Notes under the pieces: generated by a model
Databases searched by the model: none
What the model saw: only the letters and a program-made list of their open reading frames with translations
Told to the model about the DNA's origin: nothing
NCBI RefSeq assembly: GCF_031538885.1
Contig: NZ_JAVKLW010000053.1
Location: 25,158 to 89,157, forward strand
Direction: 5' to 3'
From: Limnohabitans sp.
GTDB lineage: Bacteria > Pseudomonadota > Gammaproteobacteria > Burkholderiales > Burkholderiaceae_C
DNA length: 64,000 bases
Program-made: the position numbers and the translations under genes
In this document: positions 1 to 9,683 of the stretch, in pieces
How the letters are laid out: each line of letters begins with the position of its first letter
Position numbering within the stretch: position 1 is the first letter of the stretch

Positions 1-789
1 TTGGAGGCGGAAGACGAGGATGACGATGACGATGACGAGATCGTCGAGCGATCATCAAAACCAAAATCAATTTGGATAGGCGGTGAATTTTCCACGGACA
101 GTGGGAAAAGAGCCGTCAAGGCAGCCGTTAAAAATTTCAGTTTCGATTTCCCAAAATCAGTGGAGCTGATAGGACGTTGCATGCAAATGGCAACTGGGAA
201 GAGTGCCATCGTTCTCGACACTTTCGCTGGCTCAGGCACCACCGCCCACGCCGTCCTCAAACTCAACGCCCAAGACGGTGGCAATCGCCGCTTCATTCTG
301 TGCGAAATGATGGACTACGCCGAAACGATCACCGCCGAGCGGGTGCGCCGCGTGATGAATGGCTATGGCGAAGGCAGCAAGGCCGTGGCAGGCACGGGTG
401 GGGCTTTTGACTACTACACCGTCGGTGCGGCTTTGTTCACGGAAGACAAGAACCTGAATGAAGACGTGGGCGAAGCGGCGATACGGGACTATGTGGCCTA
501 TACCGAAAGCATCCCCACGGCGCAGCAATGTGGGACAGACAGCCCTGTGAGCCAAGTCAGTAAATACGCGCTGGGAGCCAACGACACGGCCCTATGGCTT
601 TTCTACTACGAGCGTGAGCGTGTGACCACGTTGAACTTGGATTTTCTCGCCAGCCTGAACATCAAGGGCCTCACCAAACGCCCCGAACACTTCATTGTCT
701 ATGCCGACAAATGCGCCTTGGACAAAGAGTTTTTGACCCAGCACGGCATCACGTTCAAACGCATCCCGCGTGACATTACACGCTTTTAA
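1..789 (+). CDS. mod: Type III restriction-modification methyltransferase (Mod), 5'-truncated by window edge
   Basis: FPKSVELI..C and SAM-binding IVLDTFAGSGTTAHAV motif, GGNRRFILCE, C-terminal ITFKRIPRDI; upstream of a Res helicase/nuclease. Confidence 0.9.
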   Translation: MEAEDEDDDDDDEIVERSSKPKSIWIGGEFSTDSGKRAVKAAVKNFSFDFPKSVELIGRCMQMATGKSAIVLDTFAGSGTTAHAVLKLNAQDGGNRRFILCEMMDYAETITAERVRRVMNGYGEGSKAVAGTGGAFDYYTVGAALFTEDKNLNEDVGEAAIRDYVAYTESIPTAQQCGTDSPVSQVSKYALGANDTALWLFYYERERVTTLNLDFLASLNIKGLTKRPEHFIVYADKCALDKEFLTQHGITFKRIPRDITRF

Positions 790-803
790 CAAGGAGCAAA
801 CAC

Positions 804-1070
804 ATGCCTATTATTTCGATGTTTTACGGAATCATCATCCGCATTTTTTTGATCGACAACAAACACCACCACCTGCCACACATTCATGCGCAGTACGCGG
901 AATTTAATGCGTCTATCGACATCGCAGACGGCAATGTGTTGTCTGGCAGCCTTCCCCGCAAGCAATTGCGCTTGGTGCAGGCATGGATAGAGTTGCATAA
1001 CGACGAATTAATGGCCGACTGGACGCTGGCCGTTTCGGGCGAATTGCCCTACAAGATTGAACCCTTATAA
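804..1070 (+). CDS. DUF4160-family protein (putative toxin, DhiT-like)
   Basis: MPIISMFYGIIIRIF..HHLPHIHAQY, QLRLVQAWIELH..ELMADW; RBS AAGGAG upstream. Confidence 0.85.
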   Translation: MPIISMFYGIIIRIFLIDNKHHHLPHIHAQYAEFNASIDIADGNVLSGSLPRKQLRLVQAWIELHNDELMADWTLAVSGELPYKIEPL

Positions 1071-1079
1071 GGAGGCAAC

Positions 1080-1331
1080 ATGTACTGGGACGTAACCAAG
1101 GTAAGCGCCGTGTCTGAACGGTGCATTTTCGTTGAACTCAAAAACGGGAAAAGTGGCTTCTTTGATGTTGCACCTTATTGGGATAAGGGCGTACTTAGAG
1201 AACTTCAAAATCTGCAGTATTTCAAGCAAGTCACGATTTCGCATGGCTATGTTTCATGGCCGCACGGTCAGGATATCGCGCCAGAAACTTTGCTTGAAAA
1301 CTTACAGCCGACACTGGCACCAGCCCATTAA
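1080..1331 (+). CDS. DUF2442-family protein (putative antitoxin)
   Basis: IFVELKNGKSGFFDV..YFKQVTISHGYVSWPHGQDIAPETL; RBS GGAGG; usual partner of DUF4160. Confidence 0.85.
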   Translation: MYWDVTKVSAVSERCIFVELKNGKSGFFDVAPYWDKGVLRELQNLQYFKQVTISHGYVSWPHGQDIAPETLLENLQPTLAPAH

Positions 1332-4045
1332 TGGAACTCAAAGACTACCAAGCCGACGTGCTCAGCGACCTGAGCACGTACCTGCAAACCCTGCTGGATT
1401 GCAAAGGCCATTTAGGCAAAGCCTTCACCACCTACTGGCAAAACCGTGGTGTGCTGAACCAAGTCTATAAGAACAACGTTCAGGAGGTGCCCCATGTTTG
1501 CGTGAAGGTGCCCACGGCAGGTGGCAAAACCTTCATTGCCGTCAACGCCTTGGAGCGAGTATTTACCGCCTTTGCCGAGTACAACCCCAGCCGCCCGAAG
1601 TTTGTGGTGTGGCTGGTGCCGTCGCTCACTATTCTTGAGCAAACGGTGAAGAACCTTGCCAACATCGACCACCCTTATCGTCAGCGGCTGAACGACTTGT
1701 TTCAAGGCCGTGTACAGGTGTACGAAAAAACCGACGTGTTGCAAGGCGCAGGGTTCAACGCCGACACGGTGCGCGAACAGTTGTCCGTGGTTGTGATGTC
1801 GTTTGATTCACTCAAAGCCAGCAACAAAGAAAACCGCAAGGCCTATCAAGAGAACGGCTACTTGGCTTCGTTTTTGAACGACAGCACCCACGATGCGGTG
1901 TTGCTGCCAGAGTTCGACAAGTCTTCTTTGATCAATGTGATCCGCACCTTGAACCCCGTGGTGGTGGTGGACGAGAGCCACAACGCTGAGAGCACTTTGT
2001 CGGTGGACATGCTGCGCAATCTGAATCCGAGTTTCATTTTTGACCTGACGGCCACGCCGCGTGAGAACAGCAACATCATTAGCTACGTAGACGCATTGCG
2101 CCTGAAAAAGCAAGACATGGTGAAGCTGCCTGTAATTGTGGCCAATCAGCACAGCCAAGAAGAGGTGATCATGGCCGCGCTGAATATGCGCCGCCAGTTA
2201 GAGGTGTTGGCCGTCCAGGCTGAGGCCAACGGTGGTGGCTACATCCGCCCGATTGTGTTGTTCCAGGCCGAACCGAAGAGCCGCGACGACAACACCACGT
2301 TTGAAAAAGTCAAACAAGTGTTGCTTGATCTGAATATTCCGCCCGAGCACATTGCCATCAAGACGGCCAACGTCAACGAGTTGAAAGGCGTGGACTTATT
2401 GGATCGCCATTGCCAGATTCGCTACATCATTACCGTCAACGCCTTGAAAGAAGGCTGGGACTGCCCGTTTGCCTACGTGCTGGCAACGCTGGCAAACAAA
2501 TCCTCCGTGGTGGACGTGACGCAGATTTTGGGGCGCGTGTTGCGTATGCCTTACACCGCCAAGCACAGCGCCGAATTATTGAATCTGAGTTATGTGTTCA
2601 CGGCATCCAACCAGTTTCAGAGCACTTTGGGCAAGGTGGTGGCGGGCTTGAACAAGGCGGGTTTTTCCAAGCGTGATTATCGCGAGGTGGATATGTCTGC
2701 CATGCCTGTGGCAATGGATACGGGCAAAACAGGTGCCCAGCAGGGCGACTTGTTGGCCCCAGCAAATCAAGAGCCAGTAGCGCCAAGCGCAGGCGAGGTG
2801 GCGGTAGACCCCTCCAAACTCAATCCGAACTGGGAAGCCGAAGCGGTACAGCACGCCGAGAACTCAGGCGACGGTGCCGCCACAGAAGCCGCCCCCGCAG
2901 ATGCCACAGGCGTGGAAAGCATCAAGGCGCAGGCTATTGCCCAAGCGCAGGCGTTTGAAGCAGAGGCCGCTCAGGCTGAGGGAGACAGTTGCCCAGATGA
3001 ATTGAAGGCGGACATGAACGAACACAAAATGAAGCCGATGTTTGAAGCATCCGCGCAGGCCATTGAGTTGCCGCAGTTTTTTCTGAAACTTCCCAAAGAA
3101 GGCGGCTTCTTTGAATCCAGCGACTTCAATGGCGATGAGTGGCACAAACTTGCCAAAGAAAATTTGTTGACCGATTTTGTTCTTGCCAATCTGGATGCCA
3201 CGGTCAACTTTTCAGCCATTGATGCGGACGTGTATTCCGTCGATGCGGAAGTTGTCGGCGAGGGCGAAAGCGCCCCAGCGTTCAAGGCGGTGAAGAAGGC
3301 CGAGAAGGAAAAACTCAATCACATCATCAAAAGCCAGCTACCGTCAGGGCAGGTGATGTCCATCGTGGCGCGGTTGTTCAGCCTAATCGGCAAGAACACC
3401 TTCTACCCCATCGAAGACAACGACATCAAGAAGTACCTCACGCGCATCGTGGAGGTGATGAGTGCCGAGCAACGTGCCGACTGCCTTGAGCGCGACTATG
3501 CCTATGTGAAGGCCATTAAAGACAAGATTCAGAGTTTGGCAAACGAGTTCGCCGCCAAAGAGTTCAACAACTGGCTGACCACGCAGAAGGTGAAATTGCA
3601 GCCGAGCTTTGTGTTGCCCGCAAGCATTACGCCCAGCGACAACGGGCCTGCCATTATCAAAAGCCTGTATCTCACCGAACGCGGTATGAATGGGCTGGAA
3701 GCGCCTGTTATTGGCAAGGTGGCTCAGCTTGAAAACGTGGAGTGGTGGCACTGCAATCTGGAACGAAGCAAGGGCTTTTGCATCAATGGCTTCGTCAACC
3801 ATTACCCCGACTTCATTGTCCTGACCGCCAGCAAAAACATCGTGGTCATTGAAACCAAAGGCGACGACCGCGACAACTCCAATTCAAAAGACAAATTGAA
3901 ACTGGGAAAAATCTGGGAAGCACAGGCCAACCAGATCGCGCACGAAACAGGCTACCGCTACCACTACATGATGGTGTTTGAGAGCAACCCGATTGACGGG
4001 GCTTTGGTGGTGGGGGATGCGTTGAAGTTGGTTGAAAATCTTTAA
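1331..4045 (+). CDS. res: Type III restriction endonuclease Res subunit (SF2 helicase plus PD-(D/E)XK nuclease)
   Basis: Walker A VKVPTAGGKT, Walker B VVVDESH, LKEGWDCP, QILGRVLR, C-terminal YPDF..IETKG. Confidence 0.92.
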   Translation: MELKDYQADVLSDLSTYLQTLLDCKGHLGKAFTTYWQNRGVLNQVYKNNVQEVPHVCVKVPTAGGKTFIAVNALERVFTAFAEYNPSRPKFVVWLVPSLTILEQTVKNLANIDHPYRQRLNDLFQGRVQVYEKTDVLQGAGFNADTVREQLSVVVMSFDSLKASNKENRKAYQENGYLASFLNDSTHDAVLLPEFDKSSLINVIRTLNPVVVVDESHNAESTLSVDMLRNLNPSFIFDLTATPRENSNIISYVDALRLKKQDMVKLPVIVANQHSQEEVIMAALNMRRQLEVLAVQAEANGGGYIRPIVLFQAEPKSRDDNTTFEKVKQVLLDLNIPPEHIAIKTANVNELKGVDLLDRHCQIRYIITVNALKEGWDCPFAYVLATLANKSSVVDVTQILGRVLRMPYTAKHSAELLNLSYVFTASNQFQSTLGKVVAGLNKAGFSKRDYREVDMSAMPVAMDTGKTGAQQGDLLAPANQEPVAPSAGEVAVDPSKLNPNWEAEAVQHAENSGDGAATEAAPADATGVESIKAQAIAQAQAFEAEAAQAEGDSCPDELKADMNEHKMKPMFEASAQAIELPQFFLKLPKEGGFFESSDFNGDEWHKLAKENLLTDFVLANLDATVNFSAIDADVYSVDAEVVGEGESAPAFKAVKKAEKEKLNHIIKSQLPSGQVMSIVARLFSLIGKNTFYPIEDNDIKKYLTRIVEVMSAEQRADCLERDYAYVKAIKDKIQSLANEFAAKEFNNWLTTQKVKLQPSFVLPASITPSDNGPAIIKSLYLTERGMNGLEAPVIGKVAQLENVEWWHCNLERSKGFCINGFVNHYPDFIVLTASKNIVVIETKGDDRDNSNSKDKLKLGKIWEAQANQIAHETGYRYHYMMVFESNPIDGALVVGDALKLVENL

Positions 4046-4053
4046 GCGTTCAC

Positions 4054-5544
4054 ATGCAACAAGACATCCTCATCAACTGGTCACCCCAAGAAACCCGCGT
4101 GGCTGTGGTGGAAACAGGCGCGGTGCAAGAGCTGCATGTGGAGCGCACCTTAGAGCGTGGCTTGGTCGGCAATGTGTACCTGGGCAAAGTGGCGCGTGTG
4201 TTGCCCGGCATGCAATCGGCTTTCATCGACATTGGCTTAGAACGCGCCGCCTTCTTACACGTGGCCGACTTGATGAGCAGCGTCGCCGCCCGTCATACCG
4301 ACGCCGACAAAGGCGAGCCTGTGCCTGTGATGCCGATTGAAAAACAAGTTTTTGAAGGCCAGTCCATCTTGGTGCAAGTCATCAAAGACCCGATTGGCAC
4401 CAAGGGTGCACGTTTGTCGTCGCAAATTAGCATTGCAGGGCGCTTGCTGGTGTTCTTGCCGCAAGACCAACACATCGGTGTGTCGCAAAAAATCCCATTC
4501 GAGCAACGTGAAGCCTTGCGTCAACGCCTGCAAGCCTTGGTAGAAGCGGGAGCACCTCATGGGCAAACGGGCGGCTTTATTTTGCGTACCAATGGCGAAG
4601 AAGCCAACGATGCCGAGTTGGGCGAGGACATCGCCTACTTGTGCAAAACTTGGGCGCGCATCAAAGACGCAGCCACGCGCTTGCCACCCAAATCCTTGCT
4701 GCACCAAGACCTGAGTTTGTTGCAACGTGTGCTGCGCGACTTGGTGAGCGAAACCACGCAAACCATTCGCATTGATTCAGCAGAGCAATTTCAAAAACTC
4801 AAAACCTTTGGCACCGAGTTCACACCCAGCGCGGTAGACAAATTGCAGCTCTACAAAGGCGAGCGCCCCATCTTTGACCTCTTCAACATCGACGAAGAGG
4901 TAGGCAAGGCGCTAGGCCGACGTGTGGACTTGAAGTCTGGCGGCTACCTGATCGTGGATCAAACAGAAGCCCTCACGACGGTGGATGTGAACACGGGGGG
5001 GTTTGTGGGTGCACGCAACTTTGACGAAACCATTTTCAAGACCAATCTCGAAGCGGCAGGCGCCATTGCGCGTCACCTGCGCTTGCGCAATTTGGGCGGC
5101 ATTGTCATTGCCGACTTCATTGATATGACGCGTGAAGATCACCGTGAAGCGGTGTTGGTCGAGTTCCGCAAACAACTCGCCCGTGACCGTGTGAAGACGA
5201 TGGTGAGCGGCTATTCGGCCTTGGGGTTGGTGGAGATGACGCGCAAGCGTACCCGCGAATCACTGGCCCACATGCTGTGCGAGCCTTGTCCCGTGTGTGA
5301 TGGCCAAGGTAGCGTGAAAACCGCCCGCACGGTGACCTATGACATCTTGCGTGAAATCTTGCGTGAAGCCCGTCAGTTCAACCCACGCGAGTTCCGTGTG
5401 ATTGCATCACCCGATGTGATCGATGCGTTGCTCGATGAAGAAAGCCAGCACTTGGCTGGCTTGAGTAACTTCATTGGCAAGCCCATCTCCTTACAAGCTG
5501 AAGGTGCGATGACGCAAGAGCAGTACGACATTGTTTTGCTTTAA
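4054..5544 (+). CDS. rng: Ribonuclease G (Rne/Rng family)
   Basis: S1 domain GNVYLGKVARVLPGMQSAFIDIG, DVNTG, LRLRNLGGIVIADFIDM. Confidence 0.95.
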   Translation: MQQDILINWSPQETRVAVVETGAVQELHVERTLERGLVGNVYLGKVARVLPGMQSAFIDIGLERAAFLHVADLMSSVAARHTDADKGEPVPVMPIEKQVFEGQSILVQVIKDPIGTKGARLSSQISIAGRLLVFLPQDQHIGVSQKIPFEQREALRQRLQALVEAGAPHGQTGGFILRTNGEEANDAELGEDIAYLCKTWARIKDAATRLPPKSLLHQDLSLLQRVLRDLVSETTQTIRIDSAEQFQKLKTFGTEFTPSAVDKLQLYKGERPIFDLFNIDEEVGKALGRRVDLKSGGYLIVDQTEALTTVDVNTGGFVGARNFDETIFKTNLEAAGAIARHLRLRNLGGIVIADFIDMTREDHREAVLVEFRKQLARDRVKTMVSGYSALGLVEMTRKRTRESLAHMLCEPCPVCDGQGSVKTARTVTYDILREILREARQFNPREFRVIASPDVIDALLDEESQHLAGLSNFIGKPISLQAEGAMTQEQYDIVLL

Positions 5545-6413
5545 GCGACGAGCTTGAAGTGCTTGCGACTGAAATCCAAACCAAACGCTTTCTCTAGCTT
5601 CATCAACCAGCGATGCCGCTTTTCACGTTTTGTGAGTTCGTAGTTCGGGTCAATCGTGAAGCTTTTTTCTGCCGAGCTTTCCAGCCAAGGCTTGACCAGT
5701 TCTGGGTGTGTGCCTGTGAAGGCTTGCAATACCTGCGCATCGAACTGGTTGTAGCGAATGGTGGGCGCACCATGCGACCAAAACTTACTCACTTGGTCAA
5801 GCTTTTTTTGCATCGCTTCGTTGCTGCGCACCCAGCCGTAGTGGTAGATGTGCGCGTTGGCCAACGCGGCTTGTGGGTTGCGGCCTTTTTTGTGATCGGA
5901 CGTGATCAACCAATACTGGCCGTCCGGCGCGTACGAGCGGATGGTGTTGCGAATCAGGCGACACTCACGGCGGTACCATGCGGGGCTGTTGGCGACAAAC
6001 TCGGGCGTACCGTAAAAGTGAAAGTAGTCAAACACCAAGGCTTCTACCGCGGGGTTGCTGTGGTGCTTGTCCACGCTGGCGCGGATGTTGGCCAACTCAG
6101 CTTCGTGCACCACCTCGTCACCCTCCAAATAAAATGCCCAGTCCCCCGTGCAGGCGTATTGCGCGATCATTTTTTGTTGGGCGTAGACAAAGCCGCGGTC
6201 GGCCATGCGTTCGTTCCAGATGGTTTCAATCACGCGAATCTTGGGCGAGCCGATCGCGTGGATACGCGCGAGCGTGTCGTCGTTGCCTTTGCCGACCGCC
6301 ACCACAAACTCATCCACCAAAAGCAGCATTGAGCGAATGGAGGCTTCGAACGGAAAGCCTAATTCGACGCCGTTGCGAATGAAGGTGAAACCGCTGATGG
6401 ATGCTTGGCTCAT
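5541..6413 (-). CDS. Glycosyltransferase family 2 (probably LPS-related)
   Basis: ISGFTFIRNG, SDD-like GNDDT, WAFYLEGDEVVHE, HIYHYGWVR; downstream of msbA. Confidence 0.8.
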   Translation of the reverse strand: MSQASISGFTFIRNGVELGFPFEASIRSMLLLVDEFVVAVGKGNDDTLARIHAIGSPKIRVIETIWNERMADRGFVYAQQKMIAQYACTGDWAFYLEGDEVVHEAELANIRASVDKHHSNPAVEALVFDYFHFYGTPEFVANSPAWYRRECRLIRNTIRSYAPDGQYWLITSDHKKGRNPQAALANAHIYHYGWVRSNEAMQKKLDQVSKFWSHGAPTIRYNQFDAQVLQAFTGTHPELVKPWLESSAEKSFTIDPNYELTKREKRHRWLMKLEKAFGLDFSRKHFKLVA

Positions 6414-6434
6414 AAAGTACTCAGATGAAGGTGC

Positions 6435-8231
6435 TCAGATGCTGGGTGAGTCAGAAAAATGGTTGTCGGCGCTTTGTGCCGCCACTTGGTACAGGGCCGC
6501 ATACGCGCCGCCTTGTGCCATGAGTTGTGTGTGCGTGCCCGTCTCGACGATGCTGCCTGCTTGCATGACCACAATCAGATCGGCGTGTTCGATGGTGGAT
6601 AGGCGGTGTGCAATGACCAGCGAGGTGCGGCCTTGCATCAGCACTTGAAGCGCGCCCTTGACGGCTTGTTCGGAGGTGGTGTCTAAGGCCGAGGTGGCTT
6701 CGTCCAAGATGAGGATGGGCGCATCTTTGTAGATGGCGCGAGCAATCGCCAAACGTTGTCGTTGACCACCGGAGAGTTGGGTGGCGTTGTGGCCGACCCA
6801 GGTGTTTTCTTGTTGCGGCAGGCTGCGCACAAAGTCGCCTAAATTGGCGGCTTCTAGGGCGCTCCACACGCGCGCTGTGTCGATGCTTTCGCCCAAGGCG
6901 ATGTTTTGTGCCACTGAGTCGTTGAACATGACCACATCTTGGCTCACATACGCCACTTGGCTGCGTAGGCTGGCGAGGGACCAGTCTTTCAGGGGCACAC
7001 CGTCTAAGCAGACTTGGCCCGATGTGGGGTCCAAGAAACGCGGCAGCAGGTTGGCCAAGGTGGTTTTGCCCGAACCCGAGGGGCCGACCAGCGCCACGGT
7101 TTGGCCGGGTTGGATGGTCAGACTCACGTCATTCAGTGCAGGCTGTGTGGCTGAAGGGTATTGCAGATGGATCTGCTCAAAACAAATCTCACCTTTCGCA
7201 TGGGCACTGGTGTGCGTGCCTTGGGGTTCGTCAGGCGCGAGGTACAACAAGTTCAGGCCGCGCTCCAGCGAGGTGACGCCGCGTGTCAGCGTGCCCGCTA
7301 CTTCGGACAGGTGCTTGATGGGCGAGATCAACATCAACATGCCGGTGATGAACGCGGCAAAGCTGCCCACTGTCACCCCTTGGGTGTCGCCGTCACCCGT
7401 ACTTTGGTACAGCGCCACCATGATGACGGTCGACAAGGCCAAGGCCGCAAACATTTGAATGAGTGGCGTCATCACCGAGTTGGCCACAACGGCTTTGAGC
7501 GCCAACTGGCGCAGCTTTTGGTTGGATATGCCGAACTTGTGGGCTTGGCTGTTTTGCGCGTTGTGCAAGCGCACCATGCGGTAGGCCAGCACGTTTTCCT
7601 CCACCACATAGGCCAGTTCGTCCGTAGCGTCTTGACTGGCCCGTGTCACGTTGTCCAAGCGACGTGACAGGTTTTTCACCACCCACGCAATGGGCGGGAA
7701 GATGGCAAACACGATGAGGGTGAGCTTCCAGTTCAGCACCAACAAGTAGCCGAGTAGGGCGAGCAGGGTGACCAAGTCTTTGGCAAATGCCAGCATGGTG
7801 GTCACCAGCAAGTTAGCCCCGTTATTGACTTCGTAAACCATGGTGTTGGTCAAGCCACTGGTGTGCTGGGTGGCAAACAGCTGTGGGTCTGCGCGTAAGA
7901 GCTTTTCAAACAAACGCTGGCGCAGCCGCTCCATCGAGTAATTGGTCACACGGGCCAAGCAATACGCAGCCACAAAGCCGGCAAAACCACGGATACCAAA
8001 CAGCAGCAGCAAGACCACAGGAATCTTCCACAGCGCCAAAGTGCCTCGGTCAAAGCCACTGTCGAGCAAGGGCTTCATCAATGCAGGAATAGCGGGTTCT
8101 GTGGCAGCACCTACAAAAATACTCACAATCCCCAACACCAAGGCACCGGGGTGGCCAGAGAACCAAGGTGCGACACGTTTGAGTCTTCGATACAAAGAGT
8201 CCGACGGTGTGGGTTCGACGAGGGTGGTCAT
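6435..8231 (-). CDS. msbA: Lipid A export ABC transporter MsbA
   Basis: N-terminal TM domain; GPSGSGKT, LSGGQRQR, ILDEATSALD. Confidence 0.9.
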   Translation of the reverse strand: MTTLVEPTPSDSLYRRLKRVAPWFSGHPGALVLGIVSIFVGAATEPAIPALMKPLLDSGFDRGTLALWKIPVVLLLLFGIRGFAGFVAAYCLARVTNYSMERLRQRLFEKLLRADPQLFATQHTSGLTNTMVYEVNNGANLLVTTMLAFAKDLVTLLALLGYLLVLNWKLTLIVFAIFPPIAWVVKNLSRRLDNVTRASQDATDELAYVVEENVLAYRMVRLHNAQNSQAHKFGISNQKLRQLALKAVVANSVMTPLIQMFAALALSTVIMVALYQSTGDGDTQGVTVGSFAAFITGMLMLISPIKHLSEVAGTLTRGVTSLERGLNLLYLAPDEPQGTHTSAHAKGEICFEQIHLQYPSATQPALNDVSLTIQPGQTVALVGPSGSGKTTLANLLPRFLDPTSGQVCLDGVPLKDWSLASLRSQVAYVSQDVVMFNDSVAQNIALGESIDTARVWSALEAANLGDFVRSLPQQENTWVGHNATQLSGGQRQRLAIARAIYKDAPILILDEATSALDTTSEQAVKGALQVLMQGRTSLVIAHRLSTIEHADLIVVMQAGSIVETGTHTQLMAQGGAYAALYQVAAQSADNHFSDSPSI

Positions 8232-8435
8232 AAATTCTCAGAGTGGCAACAAACGCAATGCAGAACATTATCGCCAGTTGAAGACCAAACCAGTGCCTCG
8301 GATATAATGAGAGGCTTTCCCGCATCAACCTGTACGCCACAGCTCAAACTTAGGCAAATTCCTCGAGCAAAGCAGCCAAAGAGACACGTTCTCTTGTGAG
8401 CGTTGAGGCGTACCCGAACTATTCCGGAGAACCCA

Positions 8436-9602
8436 GTGCTTTTGTCTCTTCAGGGAGCCTTCCCGCCCGCCATTTTGGCGCTTGCAGACGGCACGGTCTT
8501 TATCGGCAACTCGATTGGATCCACAGGCTCTACGGTCGGCGAAGTGGTGTTCAACACCTCACTCACCGGCTACCAAGAAATCCTCACCGACCCCAGCTAC
8601 TGCCAGCAGATCGTTACCTTGACGTACCCGCACATTGGCAACTATGGCGTCAACGTGGAAGACATCGAAGCTGACAAAGTCCACGCCGCTGGTTTGATCA
8701 TCAAAGACTTGCCTTTGGTTGCAGGCAACTTCCGCTCTCACCAAACCTTGTCGGCCTATTTGGCTGAAGCAGGCACTGTGGCGATTGCCAACATCGACAC
8801 GCGTCAACTCACTCGCATCTTGCGCACCAAGGGTGCTCAAAACGGCGCCATCGTGGGTTTGGCCAAAGGCCAAGAAATCACACAAGCTTTGGTTGACCAT
8901 GCCGTGACCGCTACTAAGGGCGCGCCCCACATGGCGGGCCTCGATTTGGCACAAAAAATCACGGTGTCCAAAGCCTATGAGTGGACACAAACTGAGTGGA
9001 AACTTGGCGAAGGTTACGGCAACCTTACTGCGCCGAAGTTTCATGTCGTTGCTTACGACTTTGGCGTGAAGAAAAACATCTTGCGTATGTTGGCCCAGCG
9101 CGGTTGCAAAGTCACGGTGGTGCCTGCCAAGACGCCAGCCGCTGAAGTGCTCAAGCACAAGCCGGACGGCATCTTTTTGTCCAACGGCCCTGGCGATCCA
9201 GAACCTTGCGATTACGCGATTGCCGCAGCGGCTGAGTTGATCGATACCGGCATTCCCACTTTTGGTATTTGTTTGGGTCACCAAATCATGGCCTTGGCCA
9301 GCGGTGCGAAAACGTTCAAGATGAAGTTTGGTCACCACGGTGCCAACCATCCCGTGAAAGACCTCGACTCAGGCCGTGTGTCCATCACCAGCCAAAACCA
9401 CGGTTTTGCAGTGGACGAAAAATCATTGCCCGCCAACTTGCGTGCCACGCACGTGTCTTTGTTTGACGGTACTTTGCAGGGCTTGGCCCGCACCGACAAG
9501 CCCGCGTTTTGCTTTCAAGGTCATCCTGAAGCATCGCCCGGCCCGCACGACATTGCTTACCTTTTTGACCGCTTCATCAAACTGATGGAGACGAAGTTAT
9601 GA
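8436..9602 (+). CDS. carA: Carbamoyl-phosphate synthase small subunit
   Basis: [35 protein letters not shown]; start moved to GTG 8436 behind a GGAGA RBS. Confidence 0.97.
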   Translation: MLLSLQGAFPPAILALADGTVFIGNSIGSTGSTVGEVVFNTSLTGYQEILTDPSYCQQIVTLTYPHIGNYGVNVEDIEADKVHAAGLIIKDLPLVAGNFRSHQTLSAYLAEAGTVAIANIDTRQLTRILRTKGAQNGAIVGLAKGQEITQALVDHAVTATKGAPHMAGLDLAQKITVSKAYEWTQTEWKLGEGYGNLTAPKFHVVAYDFGVKKNILRMLAQRGCKVTVVPAKTPAAEVLKHKPDGIFLSNGPGDPEPCDYAIAAAAELIDTGIPTFGICLGHQIMALASGAKTFKMKFGHHGANHPVKDLDSGRVSITSQNHGFAVDEKSLPANLRATHVSLFDGTLQGLARTDKPAFCFQGHPEASPGPHDIAYLFDRFIKLMETKL

Positions 9603-9682
9603 GCCCCCACGTTCACGGCTCCGCCGTTTCTCTGCCCCCCGAGGGGGCCATTGCTCCCTTGGAGCTGTCCTGCGGGAGCAAA
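9602..9682. repeat. Degenerate palindromic (REP-like) element in the carA-carB spacer
   Basis: GCCCCCCGAGGGGGC hairpin followed by TTGCTCCC..GGGAGCAA inverted repeat; recalled as resembling a dispersed Comamonadaceae repeat. Confidence 0.6.
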
Positions 9683-9683
9683 C

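Noticed and set aside
19-36. (GATGAC)x3 repeat in mod as a phase-variation tract
   Set aside because: Only three units, and a 6-nt unit keeps the frame; it just encodes an Asp run
8303-8435. carA leader as an attenuator or riboswitch
   Set aside because: Only a short AAGAGA/TCTCTT hairpin; no terminator, leader peptide or recognisable aptamer
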